Source: a virus (Duplodnaviria > Caudoviricetes). From it: a DNA stretch of 52,162 bases. The stretch spans positions 1-52,162 of IMG/VR virus record IMGVR_UViG_3300006734_000001; one strand, 5' to 3'. The stretch's first letter is position 1. Every line of letters begins with the position of its first letter. A program made the position numbers and the translations under genes. Positions 16,816-25,873 of the stretch are shown one piece after another. The notes under the pieces were generated by a model. The model searched no databases, was not told the DNA's origin, and saw nothing but the letters and a program-made list of their open reading frames with translations.

Positions 16816-17487
16816 TCAATCGCGGGGTTTCACTTTCGCCCAGTCTATCTCACCGTTGGGGAGGCGGGGCGTTTCTTCCTTCTCGGGCCTCGGCGTAGCG
16901 CAACGGTTGATCCAAGTCGTGATGAAGGCGCGAGTCTTCTGTCGTTTGGGGTGAGATAAAAGCCAAGCGTCCATCTTCCGGAGTTCGGTGTCGATGTTGA
17001 TGTTGGGATGGATTTCCTTTAGGCGAGCGATGAACTCGTCATTTGGGTATCGGTTGACGCTGCTTTCTCTCATTGGTTTCTTTTCCTTACTTGCTTTACT
17101 ATCTCCTTTATTAGTAATACGGGGTTTTACCGAGTCCGTATTTTCCGGAGTCGGGTTTTCCGCGAGTCCGAACGGGTTCACCGATTGAGGCTCATCATAA
17201 ACGAAATACTCCCAACCGCCGGGATTGTCCCCGCCGATTGGCCTGCGAAAGACATAGCCACTCTCCATGAGTTCGGTGACTCCAGAACATACCGCCTCGT
17301 ATCCGTCCTTGGATGCTTTCGCCAACTGTCCCATGTAGACATTCCAATTGTCCGGCTTGGACAAAAGATAGGTAAGAATGCCTTTGGCCTTAAAGCTCAA
17401 AGCCTCGTTGTTCAGCATATCATTCGGGATGATCGTGTAGTTTCGTGTCCGCTTCTGGCGGATAATTGTTTTAGCAGTAAAGCTCAT
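16816..17487 (-). CDS. Replication initiator (N-terminal wHTH)
   Basis: NYTIIPNDML...LSFKAKGILTYLLSKPDNW; directly upstream of DnaB. Confidence 0.8.
   Translation of the reverse strand: MSFTAKTIIRQKRTRNYTIIPNDMLNNEALSFKAKGILTYLLSKPDNWNVYMGQLAKASKDGYEAVCSGVTELMESGYVFRRPIGGDNPGGWEYFVYDEPQSVNPFGLAENPTPENTDSVKPRITNKGDSKASKEKKPMRESSVNRYPNDEFIARLKEIHPNINIDTELRKMDAWLLSHPKRQKTRAFITTWINRCATPRPEKEETPRLPNGEIDWAKVKPRD
17121..17183. repeat. Iteron-like repeats inside the initiator gene (candidate ori)
   Basis: TTTTACCGAGTCCG, TTTTCCGGAGTCGG, TTTTCCGCGAGTCCG next to an AT-rich tract at 17073-17119. Confidence 0.55.
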
Positions 17488-17765
17488 TTTGAACCCTCCT
17501 CCCAATTTGCGTCTTCATTCAGCGCCCACCTCTTGTCCTTGTTGAGTTTCAAGAACCGAAGTCCGACCAGCGTCATAAATGCGTTATGCGCTTGCGTCTC
17601 TGTGATGCCAATTGTGTCGGCGACAGATTGGATGTCTTTCTCGTCAAACCCGCCATCGTAATTATCAATGACGGCGAATACTTGTTTCTTCCTATCATTA
17701 AGGATGGTCAATTTGATGATTTTACTGCGAACGAAGATACCTCCGTTTTTTTCTAATGGATTCAT
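17484..17765 (-). CDS. Winged-HTH-like hypothetical protein
   Basis: IQSVADTIGITETQAHNAFMTLV is HTH-like. Confidence 0.6.
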   Translation of the reverse strand: MNPLEKNGGIFVRSKIIKLTILNDRKKQVFAVIDNYDGGFDEKDIQSVADTIGITETQAHNAFMTLVGLRFLKLNKDKRWALNEDANWEEGSK

Positions 17766-17936
17766 TTTATATGAGGGCCGCGCCCCCTTACCGACCAGAA
17801 GACCGGCGAACTGACGGGTGAAGAATTATCGGTAAGGGAGCCGCGATATAGTTTGTTGGTTCAATTTATTTCTTCTGATTCTCGTCTGTTCTTCACGCAG
17901 ACGGCAGGGATTGCTCCCTACGTTGATCAGACTACC

Positions 17937-18347
17937 CTACTCGTCGGGGGTGTCAATATCTTTTTCCTCCAGCACGACGCTTTCCGCTCCACCCTCGCAC
18001 CATACGTTGAGTTTTTCCTTGATCCTTCCCCAAGCATTCTCGCAATCCTGTTTTACCTCGAAACTGAATTGGTGGCGCATGCGTTCGATATCGAAGTTCT
18101 GGGCATCGGCTTCCAATTCTACGAGGTGGATGGAGTCATCGTCTCCGATGTGGGCGGCGAGGATTGCTTCTCCTCCCTCGCGGATTGCCATGACGATATC
18201 GGTATCCGGCGGGTTCTTGACCTTGTAGTGGAGGTAGAGTGGCGAGCTTACTAGGTTGGCCAGCATCATGTGGCTTGCCAGCGTGGTGAAGTGGACGGAG
18301 GCGAGTAGGTGGTCGGCGATGATGGTGGAGGGGTGTTCTTCATTCAT
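17937..18347 (-). CDS. Hypothetical protein
   Basis: MNEEHPS...; ATG abuts the palindrome at 18348. Confidence 0.7.
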   Translation of the reverse strand: MNEEHPSTIIADHLLASVHFTTLASHMMLANLVSSPLYLHYKVKNPPDTDIVMAIREGGEAILAAHIGDDDSIHLVELEADAQNFDIERMRHQFSFEVKQDCENAWGRIKEKLNVWCEGGAESVVLEEKDIDTPDE

Positions 18348-18373
18348 TATCGTCAACGATAATCAGAATGCCC

Positions 18374-18401
18374 TTGACCCGTCAACAAAAATTGGTAAGC
18401 T
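18374..18401 (+). promoter_or_regulatory. Sigma70-like promoter
   Basis: TTGACC-N16-TAAGCT with TG extension; ATG at 18412. Confidence 0.5.
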
Positions 18402-18411
18402 ACGCAGAACT

Positions 18412-18717
18412 ATGTCAGACCACCCATTGATGCAAGCCTACCACGCCTACGAGAATGCTTGCAGGCACAGCAAGCTGGTGAAGGATATGGGCCGGGCGGC
18501 ATTCGCTAGGCAGTTGCGCGAGACGAGGACGAAGATGGGTCTCACGGTTCGCCAGTTGGGGAAGATCGTGGGCACGACGGGATCATTCATCAACCAGATT
18601 GAGATCAATCACAAAAGCATCTTGAAGATGGAGCAGATAGAGAGGATCATCGGGATATGCAAAGAAAGAAACCGCTCAAAGCAAAGCGGGGGTTCAAGAG
18701 GCGAGGCGGCAGGCTGA
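18412..18717 (+). CDS. XRE/Cro-family HTH regulator
   Basis: LRETRTKMGLTVRQLGKIVGTTGSFINQIE. Confidence 0.82.
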   Translation: MSDHPLMQAYHAYENACRHSKLVKDMGRAAFARQLRETRTKMGLTVRQLGKIVGTTGSFINQIEINHKSILKMEQIERIIGICKERNRSKQSGGSRGEAAG

Positions 18718-18971
18718 AGCCTGTTTCTAATTCGCGTAAAGAGAAGAACAAAGAGTATGCCAAGGTCAGAAAAGAATATCTCCAGAAAGTCAACGGGATG
18801 TGCGAAGTGTGCGGCGGGCAAGCAACCGACATACATCACAAAAGTAAAAGAGGAAAAAACCTATGTGTATCATCCACTTTCATGGCGGTATGCCGCCCTT
18901 GCCACACAAGAATAGAAACAAACCGAGCATGGGCTAAAGAGCGAGGCTATTTAATCTACCAATTCATCTAA
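18657..18971 (+). CDS. HNH endonuclease
   Basis: CEVCG...DIHH...VCRPCH. Confidence 0.8.
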   Translation: MQRKKPLKAKRGFKRRGGRLKPVSNSRKEKNKEYAKVRKEYLQKVNGMCEVCGGQATDIHHKSKRGKNLCVSSTFMAVCRPCHTRIETNRAWAKERGYLIYQFI

Positions 18972-18973
18972 TT

Positions 18974-19189
18974 ATGTTCCAATCACTAATCACCTGCAAA
19001 GGATTCATCAGCGACGAGAAACCAGATAAGATTCGCTTCCGCCAAGACTTCGCGGACTGCTGGATCAAGAAGAAGGATATCGAGAAAATCCAGCACTTGG
19101 AGAAGACCTACGAGGGGGATGTCTTGTCCTTGATCACGATGAAGGAGGAGGCGGCGAATCTTCTTGAGCTTGAAGGAGTGCTTGAATAG
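18974..19189 (+). CDS. Hypothetical protein
   Basis: Follows the HNH gene by 2 nt. Confidence 0.7.
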   Translation: MFQSLITCKGFISDEKPDKIRFRQDFADCWIKKKDIEKIQHLEKTYEGDVLSLITMKEEAANLLELEGVLE

Positions 19190-19298
19190 TGGTAGGTAAA
19201 GCCAGACTTGATCTTTGACATGAATTTGCGGTGGAGCATTGAGGGCGGCACGCTAGATAGTCGTAGCTCTAGGTGAGGTGAACTCCATCGCACCCAAT

Positions 19299-19479
19299 TT
19301 TGCGGTAGGTATGCAGGATACCGGATGACCTCTAATGTGGAGCGCAAAGCACCGCTTGCGTGTTGAAGCATGTGAGGCACATCGAGGTCGAGGGTCCACC
19401 TAGAGAGGCTCAAGCCTACGTGACCATAACCTTGGCAACTCGATGCATATAGAGTGTGCACGCTCGTCCCTACCGCAAA
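19299..19479. ncRNA. Candidate structured non-coding RNA
   Basis: Closing stem TTTGCGGTAGG/CCTACCGCAAA; nested CATCGAG/CTCGATG and AGGC-TCAA-GCCT stems. Confidence 0.4.
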
Positions 19480-19547
19480 TTTCTTTTTTATCGTCACCGA
19501 TAAAACGCCTTGCATAGCGCGAAAGAGTATGCATAGTCTTGTGAACC

Positions 19548-20705
19548 ATGGCATCTCCCGACCGACATTTCGCAAACGCCGCGATCTTCACGCACTCTAC
19601 TGGGCTTACCCCGAATACTGGTGACGCAGCCCTCTATATCAAGAGTGATAATAAAGCCTACATTCAAGACTCTGGTGGGGCGGAAGCAATCGTAGGCGGC
19701 TCTGGGACTATCGAAGGCACAGTAGGCACGGTGGACAATGCTGTTCCTAGGGCGGATGGGACTGGAGGTGTGACGGCGCAGGGGAGCGACATCAATATTG
19801 ACGATGCCGATACTACGACGCAAGCCAATGTCGCCATTACCAACCAGCACTCAGGCGAAACCAACTCCGCCCTCGTCCTCACGCCGAAAGGCACGGGGGC
19901 ACTCATCGCTGGTCCGAAGCCGGACGGGACTACAACTGGAGGGAATGCGAGGGGAGCAAGCGCAGTTGATTTGCAGCTTCAAAGAACAAGTGCAGCGCAA
20001 GTTGCAAGCGCAGCAAATTCTGCGCTGCTAGGTGGTTGGAGAAATAGCGCAACTGGCTCTTCCGGTGTCGTTTGTGGTGGACGAGACAATACAGCAAGCG
20101 GTTCATACGGTATTGTTATTGGAGGACTGAATTCACAAGCATCAGGAAATTCAGCAATTGCTGGTGGAGTTACAAATGTAGCAAGCGGTAGTTTCTCAAC
20201 AACAATAGGCGGGCGAGAAAATACATCCAATGCAAATTATTCCTCATCTATTGGCTACCAAGCATTAGCTGACAGGCATGGCGCAATAGCTCATTGCGCT
20301 GGACGATTTGCAGTCGATGGCGATGCTCAACGCGCCCGCTTCGTCATGCGGAACAAGACGACGACAGATAGCGCAGTCGAGCTTTTCTTGGATGGCTCCT
20401 CCACCCGCCTCACGATCCCCAGCGGCAAATACCTCACGGGCACAATCAATATCGCTGGTATTAAGAGCGACGGTAGCGCAGCAGCAAGCTACATCCGCCA
20501 GTTCTCTATTAAGAATGTCTCGGCGACCACCTCGCTCGTCGGGACAGTGAACACCATTGGCACAGATGAAGCCGCCAGCACCAGCATCAGCATCACAGCG
20601 GATGATACCAATGATGCCTTAAAGGTGGAAGTAACTGGAATCGCGGCAGAGACATGGCGCTGGGTAGCGTCTGTCGATGTGGTGGAGGTAGCTTACGGAA
20701 CATAA
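19548..20705 (+). CDS. Fibre/receptor-binding protein (paralog of the 29824-32013 C-terminus)
   Basis: Gly/Ser/Ala-rich YadA-head-like repeats; C-terminus TWRWVASVDVVEVAYGT nearly identical to that of the 729-aa fibre. Confidence 0.75.
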   Translation: MASPDRHFANAAIFTHSTGLTPNTGDAALYIKSDNKAYIQDSGGAEAIVGGSGTIEGTVGTVDNAVPRADGTGGVTAQGSDINIDDADTTTQANVAITNQHSGETNSALVLTPKGTGALIAGPKPDGTTTGGNARGASAVDLQLQRTSAAQVASAANSALLGGWRNSATGSSGVVCGGRDNTASGSYGIVIGGLNSQASGNSAIAGGVTNVASGSFSTTIGGRENTSNANYSSSIGYQALADRHGAIAHCAGRFAVDGDAQRARFVMRNKTTTDSAVELFLDGSSTRLTIPSGKYLTGTINIAGIKSDGSAAASYIRQFSIKNVSATTSLVGTVNTIGTDEAASTSISITADDTNDALKVEVTGIAAETWRWVASVDVVEVAYGT

Positions 20706-20707
20706 TT

Positions 20708-20941
20708 ATGAAGACTTACGGAGTAGTATTCGCAGACGGCACAAAAGAACTCATCTCGATTGTATTGGATGACGAAGGGAACCCGCGCATGGATACCTTG
20801 GCCCCATACCCGACACCGGAGGATTGGGCGGAACCCACGATCATTCCGCTGGTCAAGCTCCCCAAGCCGGAGGAGGGCGAATGGAAGCCAGTCGTCGTGT
20901 GGTTTGAGGATCGGGTAGAGCGCCAATGGGAGGCGGCTTAA
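20708..20941 (+). CDS. Small fibre-associated protein/chaperone (copy 1)
   Basis: Highly similar to 32017-32250. Confidence 0.75.
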   Translation: MKTYGVVFADGTKELISIVLDDEGNPRMDTLAPYPTPEDWAEPTIIPLVKLPKPEEGEWKPVVVWFEDRVERQWEAA

Positions 20942-22770
20942 TCCTCGCCCCAGTCGTCTGAAGAGTATTCTTCAACGATCTCGACAGGCTTTTCTTCTCT
21001 AGCCCAGAATCGGTTAGTCGGCATTACTTTATCGTTACCGATAAATACGAGGCCGAACCTGCGCCCAAGCTCGACGAGGTAGGCCATGGAATCGGCCAAA
21101 TCCGGCGATGAACCCACGCGAGCCTTGTAATCATTCTTGGTTTCGATACTGATCTTCTTATTCTTGATGTCGTATCTACGGAGGCATAGCTCCCTACCTA
21201 GCTCGCTGGCATAGTCCACACCAAAGATCACGCGGCTGCGGAATCCGTGGTATAGGGAGTAGTGGAACTCGGAGACAAGGCGATCATAGACCTCACTACA
21301 TGGCCGTTTATCGACCTCGGCGGCGATTCGGTCGGTTGGTTTTCCCATGGAAGAGATGAGCACGATACTATGTCCACTCTGGTCATACTTGAGCCACTCG
21401 CGGATGATAGCCTGCCCGACCCGCCCACCATCGCCAGAGACATCCATACCGAAGCGATGTGGTGCTATTCCCGAATTCCGACAGATTTCGACTACTTTTT
21501 CAGCTAACTGCACTTCAAATTCGGCACTCGCGGTTGCGGAAATCTGAATGATGTGTTGCTTCTCTAGGTAGAGAACTTTGTTCTTGGTCCCGCGCACGAA
21601 TCCTAGCTTACCCACAGAGAGAACGCACCTATCCCCCCCGGCGGTAAAGGCAGTATCAAACCCCGCCACTTTCACCATACCTTCAGAGTCCCAGAGTGGT
21701 TCTTCATTGGTATTGGCATTTCTGATCACATCTGCGGTGAGAATAGTCTGAGCGAAGCCGGACTTCGGCCACCACCCGATGGCATTCCGCATATAGTCCA
21801 CGGAGTCCGCATCCCCGTAGGCGAGGCGAAGCATATCAGCCTGCTTCTCGCGGTCCATGAGGAACGGGAATGGGGAAGGCTCATTCTCGGGAGCTTGGAA
21901 ATTCGGCGACTTCATCCCATTGTAGAAGAGGCAGATTCCGGTCTCGGTCTCCCACCTCTCCATATCCATATTCACCCCATCGAAGTTGGTAGCACCTTTG
22001 GGCAAACACCAACGGGTATGGGGATTGTCGCCTACGGATGGGTTGCCGATACCGATGAAGACCTTGTCATTATTGGAGGCGAGGTTGGAGCGCACGGTAA
22101 TCGCGCCCATCTCCATCTCGGGCAATTCATCCATCGCCATCCTTACTCTTTGGTTCTTACGACCACGGGTGGTATCAATAGCCTTCTGCCCGGCGGACCC
22201 TTTCTCGAAAGCAAGGGCTTTGATGGCATTCTGGAAGTCGCGCTCATCATCCCCCTCCGCGCCATCCCAGACAATCATGTGGCGGTAATCAATCAACTGC
22301 CCGAAGCGCACCCGCTGGAGCTTCCAGAGCTTTGCGATGATACCCCAGATACGATCCTCAGAAGCACCGATAGTGGTAGTCGCCACCCATGAGGAGGTGC
22401 AGAAGGGAGCCGCACACCAATCAAGGAGAACCCATAGGGCTACAGGGAAAGACTTCCCCATACTCGCAGCCCCGGCGAGAACCACATCGTCGTTATTGCA
22501 GAGTTCTTCCAAGGTCCGGAGCAATTGGGTGTTGGTATACCCACGATTCTTGATAGAGACATCTCGCGGCCATTGGATTTGGACAGCTTTGATAAAATGC
22601 TCGAATGGAGTGAGTAGCTTGTAATCCGCGAGGTCGATACTTTTCTCTCGTTGCAGCCACTTACCATATCTCCCGCGAGTGAGGGCGTAGCAATAGAGTT
22701 CAATTCCGAGATCGTCGATCTCCGCTGGGAAGAACATCCCGTATTTTTCCCGACCGTTTACACTTGACAT
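20938..22770 (-). CDS. terL: Terminase large subunit
   Basis: GAASMGKS Walker A, MAMDE Walker B, IGNP coupling motif, GFDTA...D and SPDLADS nuclease motifs. Confidence 0.88.
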   Translation of the reverse strand: MSSVNGREKYGMFFPAEIDDLGIELYCYALTRGRYGKWLQREKSIDLADYKLLTPFEHFIKAVQIQWPRDVSIKNRGYTNTQLLRTLEELCNNDDVVLAGAASMGKSFPVALWVLLDWCAAPFCTSSWVATTTIGASEDRIWGIIAKLWKLQRVRFGQLIDYRHMIVWDGAEGDDERDFQNAIKALAFEKGSAGQKAIDTTRGRKNQRVRMAMDELPEMEMGAITVRSNLASNNDKVFIGIGNPSVGDNPHTRWCLPKGATNFDGVNMDMERWETETGICLFYNGMKSPNFQAPENEPSPFPFLMDREKQADMLRLAYGDADSVDYMRNAIGWWPKSGFAQTILTADVIRNANTNEEPLWDSEGMVKVAGFDTAFTAGGDRCVLSVGKLGFVRGTKNKVLYLEKQHIIQISATASAEFEVQLAEKVVEICRNSGIAPHRFGMDVSGDGGRVGQAIIREWLKYDQSGHSIVLISSMGKPTDRIAAEVDKRPCSEVYDRLVSEFHYSLYHGFRSRVIFGVDYASELGRELCLRRYDIKNKKISIETKNDYKARVGSSPDLADSMAYLVELGRRFGLVFIGNDKVMPTNRFWAREEKPVEIVEEYSSDDWGED

Positions 22771-22808
22771 CGGACCAACATAACAATAAAAGTTTGTTTA
22801 CATCAAGC

Positions 22809-23180
22809 ATGAAACTCAAGGATCGCAACAGAGGGCCGGTCGGGGGCTGGTTCTACAAGTATACCCTCAAGAGAGACGGGCTTGATTTCCCCGCCACGGT
22901 ATGGGGATCGACTTGGAACAACTTGATCTCAAATATCGAGAAGGATATGAGGGCGAATGCCGTGGAAGTCCCCGTCGATCTGGAGTATCAGGTCGAGCAA
23001 CAAATCTGCGCCCGCCAACCCGAAGACCGATGCTGGCCCCAATCCGGCGATGTGGTTGCAAATGTTATACACTCCATGGCACGCGTCATAGATTCTGTAA
23101 CAGGCACCAAGCTGGAACGGAAGGCGAAGGGGTGTAAGGCTTGCGGTCGCCGCAGGGAAAGAATGAATAAAATCTTGTAA
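22809..23180 (+). CDS. Cys-containing hypothetical protein
   Basis: MKLKDRNR...; C-terminal GCKACGRRRERMN. Confidence 0.7.
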   Translation: MKLKDRNRGPVGGWFYKYTLKRDGLDFPATVWGSTWNNLISNIEKDMRANAVEVPVDLEYQVEQQICARQPEDRCWPQSGDVVANVIHSMARVIDSVTGTKLERKAKGCKACGRRRERMNKIL

Positions 23181-23210
23181 TTCAACTATCGTCAACGATA
23201 ATAACAAACC

Positions 23211-25631
23211 ATGCCACTCTCCATAGGCCCAGACAACTTTTCGCTTCTCACTTTAGACGAAGACGGTAACCCGCCAAAGACACGAATCTCATCCAGCAAC
23301 CATGCTTGGAGCATCGCGGACAACCTTGCGAGGAACAATGTGGGGCGCGAGAACAAGAGGATCAGACTATACAAAAACTACAAACGCTTCCCGCCCACAG
23401 ACTACAGCAGGCTCGCGCAAAAAACTCTTCCATTTTCGTCGAATGTTAATTGGGGGGCTTTAGAGTTTATCGTAAACAACCAGAAGGCAAGCTACTACGA
23501 TGTGATCACCGAGAGGCAAGCCTGCGCCAGCATCAAGACAAAGTATGGAAACGAAAAAGAAAGGCTCATCCACTCGGAGAACATCACTCAAGCGTTCGAT
23601 CAAGCGATCCGCGAGTGGCCCGGCTATCTCTATAACAAAGAGCAAGACCTTGAAGAAATGCTGCTCTACGGGAAGGGAATCGGAATGTGGGAGAGTCCAG
23701 TCGGATGGATGCCCAAGCATGTATTCCTTTCTGACATATTATTTCCCGACGATATCAAAATTGATTTCAGCAATCTTGAGGAGTTCGTTGTTCGCCGCCG
23801 ACCGACCCCCTACGAACTTTACAAAATCGTTGAAAAGGGGCAGGCTGCGAAAGACATGGGATGGAACATCGACGCCGTAATTGACGCGATCAGATTCCAC
23901 AGGGCATTTTCAGAGCACAACCGCACGCGGGAAGATTTCTTCCGCATGATCAGCGAGTCGAGCTTCAACTGGTCGCTCTCTGTGAATCAGAAGATTGATC
24001 TCTACGAAATCTACTGGAGGGAGTTTGATGGTAAGATCAGCAAGGGAGTGATCTTGCAGGATTACTACCCGATGACGGAGTATATCAACAACAACCTGCG
24101 CCCCGGCGAGAAGATCAGCGAGGAATTGGTCCGAGAGCAGCATGGATTCTTGTGCCTCAAGGTGGGGATGTATGATAGTTGGGACCAGATTCTCTACATG
24201 CTCACCGACTCGGTTGGTAGCGGACTCTTCCACGATATCAAGAGCCAAGCGGAGTCTGCCTTCGTAGCCTGCCGCCAGTATGACTTTACGATGAACAGCA
24301 TCGTGGATGCGGTGCGACTCAACTCCATGCTTCTCTTGGAGGGTCAGTCCCCCGATGCGACCAAGATGCTCAAGCAGATGGAATGGTTGCCGATGAGCAT
24401 CATGCCCGATGGGGCGAAGTTCGCGCAGAACAGGATTCAGCTTCCCGTGCAGGAGAGCATGCAATTCATGCAATTCTACATGGGCGATCTTTATCGTGGG
24501 ATGGGGCAATATCGAATCAACGCACCCACCTCGGGAGGCAAGCAGAGGACCAAGGGCGAAGCGGAACTGGATGCCGCCGAATCCGCGAAACTATCCGGCA
24601 CACAGATCAGAAGGTTCAACGAATGCGAGACGCTATACTTCCGCGAGCTTTACCGCCGATTCGTATCATCGACTAGGGATGATGACGGGTGGGAATATGT
24701 CCAGAAGTTCTGGGAAATCTTGGAGGAACTCGGCACACCGAAGGAAGCCGCCAAGTGGAAGAACATTACCAGCGTCCGCTCCAATCTGATCAACGGAGCA
24801 GGAAGCCCGAGTTACAAGCTGATCGTCGCCGAGAAGCTGGTTGGGCTAACATCTGTTACCCCGGCGAACGAGGGGCAAGAGAATGCAGTCAAGGACGCAA
24901 TCGCGGCACTTGCTGGCAGGGACAACGTGGCTAGGTATCGGGATACCAAGATGGTCAAAATCGACGATACGGACAGGATCATTGGTTTCGAGAATGCTGG
25001 TATGACCGATGTCTTCGTGAACCCCGCCAACTTCCCTGTGCTACCGACCGATCCGCATGTTGAACACGCGCAGGGTCACTTCGCCGATCTCATGTTGCAG
25101 ATTCAGACCAACATGCAGGCGGTCCAAGCAGGCATGGCGGATATTGACGAGCTTGCCAAGGCAGTCCGCTCCATCCAATTCAAGGGTGGCCACATCATGG
25201 CGCATGTGGAATTCATCGCCAAAGACGAGGGCAAGAAGGATTTCCTCAAGCAATTCATGCAGGGCATGGGCGAGGCCGGGAAACTGGGAGACGAACTCAA
25301 CTCTGTCTACCAAGAAATGGCGCAGGCCGAAGCGCAGAACCAAGGCGCTGGAATGTCCGAGGAAGACCTCAAGCTCCAATACCTCGCCGCGAAATCCGGC
25401 ATCGAGATCGACACCAAGCAGAAGCTCGCGGATATCGCCATCGGCAAGGCCGCTACTAGCCACGCCCAAAGGACCGAGCAGCGCAAGACCCAAGGCATCA
25501 CCCAATTGGGTCTCCAGAAGGCAAAGGCAAGGTTGGAAATTCAGAGGAAAATGGCAGAGCAGCAAGGCGAGATGGCAGCAGAGACCGAAGAGGAATCACC
25601 CGAACGCCCCCCGGCAACACCAACTGAATGA
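23211..25631 (+). CDS. Portal protein
   Basis: 806 aa, between terminase and scaffold; MLLYGKGI and RTKGEA portal-like motifs; Q/A-rich coiled-coil C-terminus. Confidence 0.75.
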   Translation: MPLSIGPDNFSLLTLDEDGNPPKTRISSSNHAWSIADNLARNNVGRENKRIRLYKNYKRFPPTDYSRLAQKTLPFSSNVNWGALEFIVNNQKASYYDVITERQACASIKTKYGNEKERLIHSENITQAFDQAIREWPGYLYNKEQDLEEMLLYGKGIGMWESPVGWMPKHVFLSDILFPDDIKIDFSNLEEFVVRRRPTPYELYKIVEKGQAAKDMGWNIDAVIDAIRFHRAFSEHNRTREDFFRMISESSFNWSLSVNQKIDLYEIYWREFDGKISKGVILQDYYPMTEYINNNLRPGEKISEELVREQHGFLCLKVGMYDSWDQILYMLTDSVGSGLFHDIKSQAESAFVACRQYDFTMNSIVDAVRLNSMLLLEGQSPDATKMLKQMEWLPMSIMPDGAKFAQNRIQLPVQESMQFMQFYMGDLYRGMGQYRINAPTSGGKQRTKGEAELDAAESAKLSGTQIRRFNECETLYFRELYRRFVSSTRDDDGWEYVQKFWEILEELGTPKEAAKWKNITSVRSNLINGAGSPSYKLIVAEKLVGLTSVTPANEGQENAVKDAIAALAGRDNVARYRDTKMVKIDDTDRIIGFENAGMTDVFVNPANFPVLPTDPHVEHAQGHFADLMLQIQTNMQAVQAGMADIDELAKAVRSIQFKGGHIMAHVEFIAKDEGKKDFLKQFMQGMGEAGKLGDELNSVYQEMAQAEAQNQGAGMSEEDLKLQYLAAKSGIEIDTKQKLADIAIGKAATSHAQRTEQRKTQGITQLGLQKAKARLEIQRKMAEQQGEMAAETEEESPERPPATPTE

Positions 25632-25873
25632 ATGAAGAAGCAATAAAGCCATTGTGTGCGGCTATTGTCGCGCACGAACAATGGAATGCATTACAGGCAT
25701 ACCTGTTGATGCGAGTAGCGCCTAGTAGTGGAATCGACACACTCCGCAATGCCATTACCACGATTGATTTCATGGGCAATGACGCGCAGGGTGAGTTCAG
25801 AAAGACCACTAAAAGGAAAACCAAACAAACCGTGGAAACAACCATCGACCCAGACCTAGACGAAAATGAGTGA
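25628..25873 (+). CDS. Small head-associated protein
   Basis: Typical small gene after a podoviral portal. Confidence 0.65.
   Translation: MNEEAIKPLCAAIVAHEQWNALQAYLLMRVAPSSGIDTLRNAITTIDFMGNDAQGEFRKTTKRKTKQTVETTIDPDLDENE

Noticed and set aside
18412-18717. XRE gene as evidence of an integrating temperate lifestyle
   Set aside because: No integrase, att site or ParA recognized; lifestyle left open
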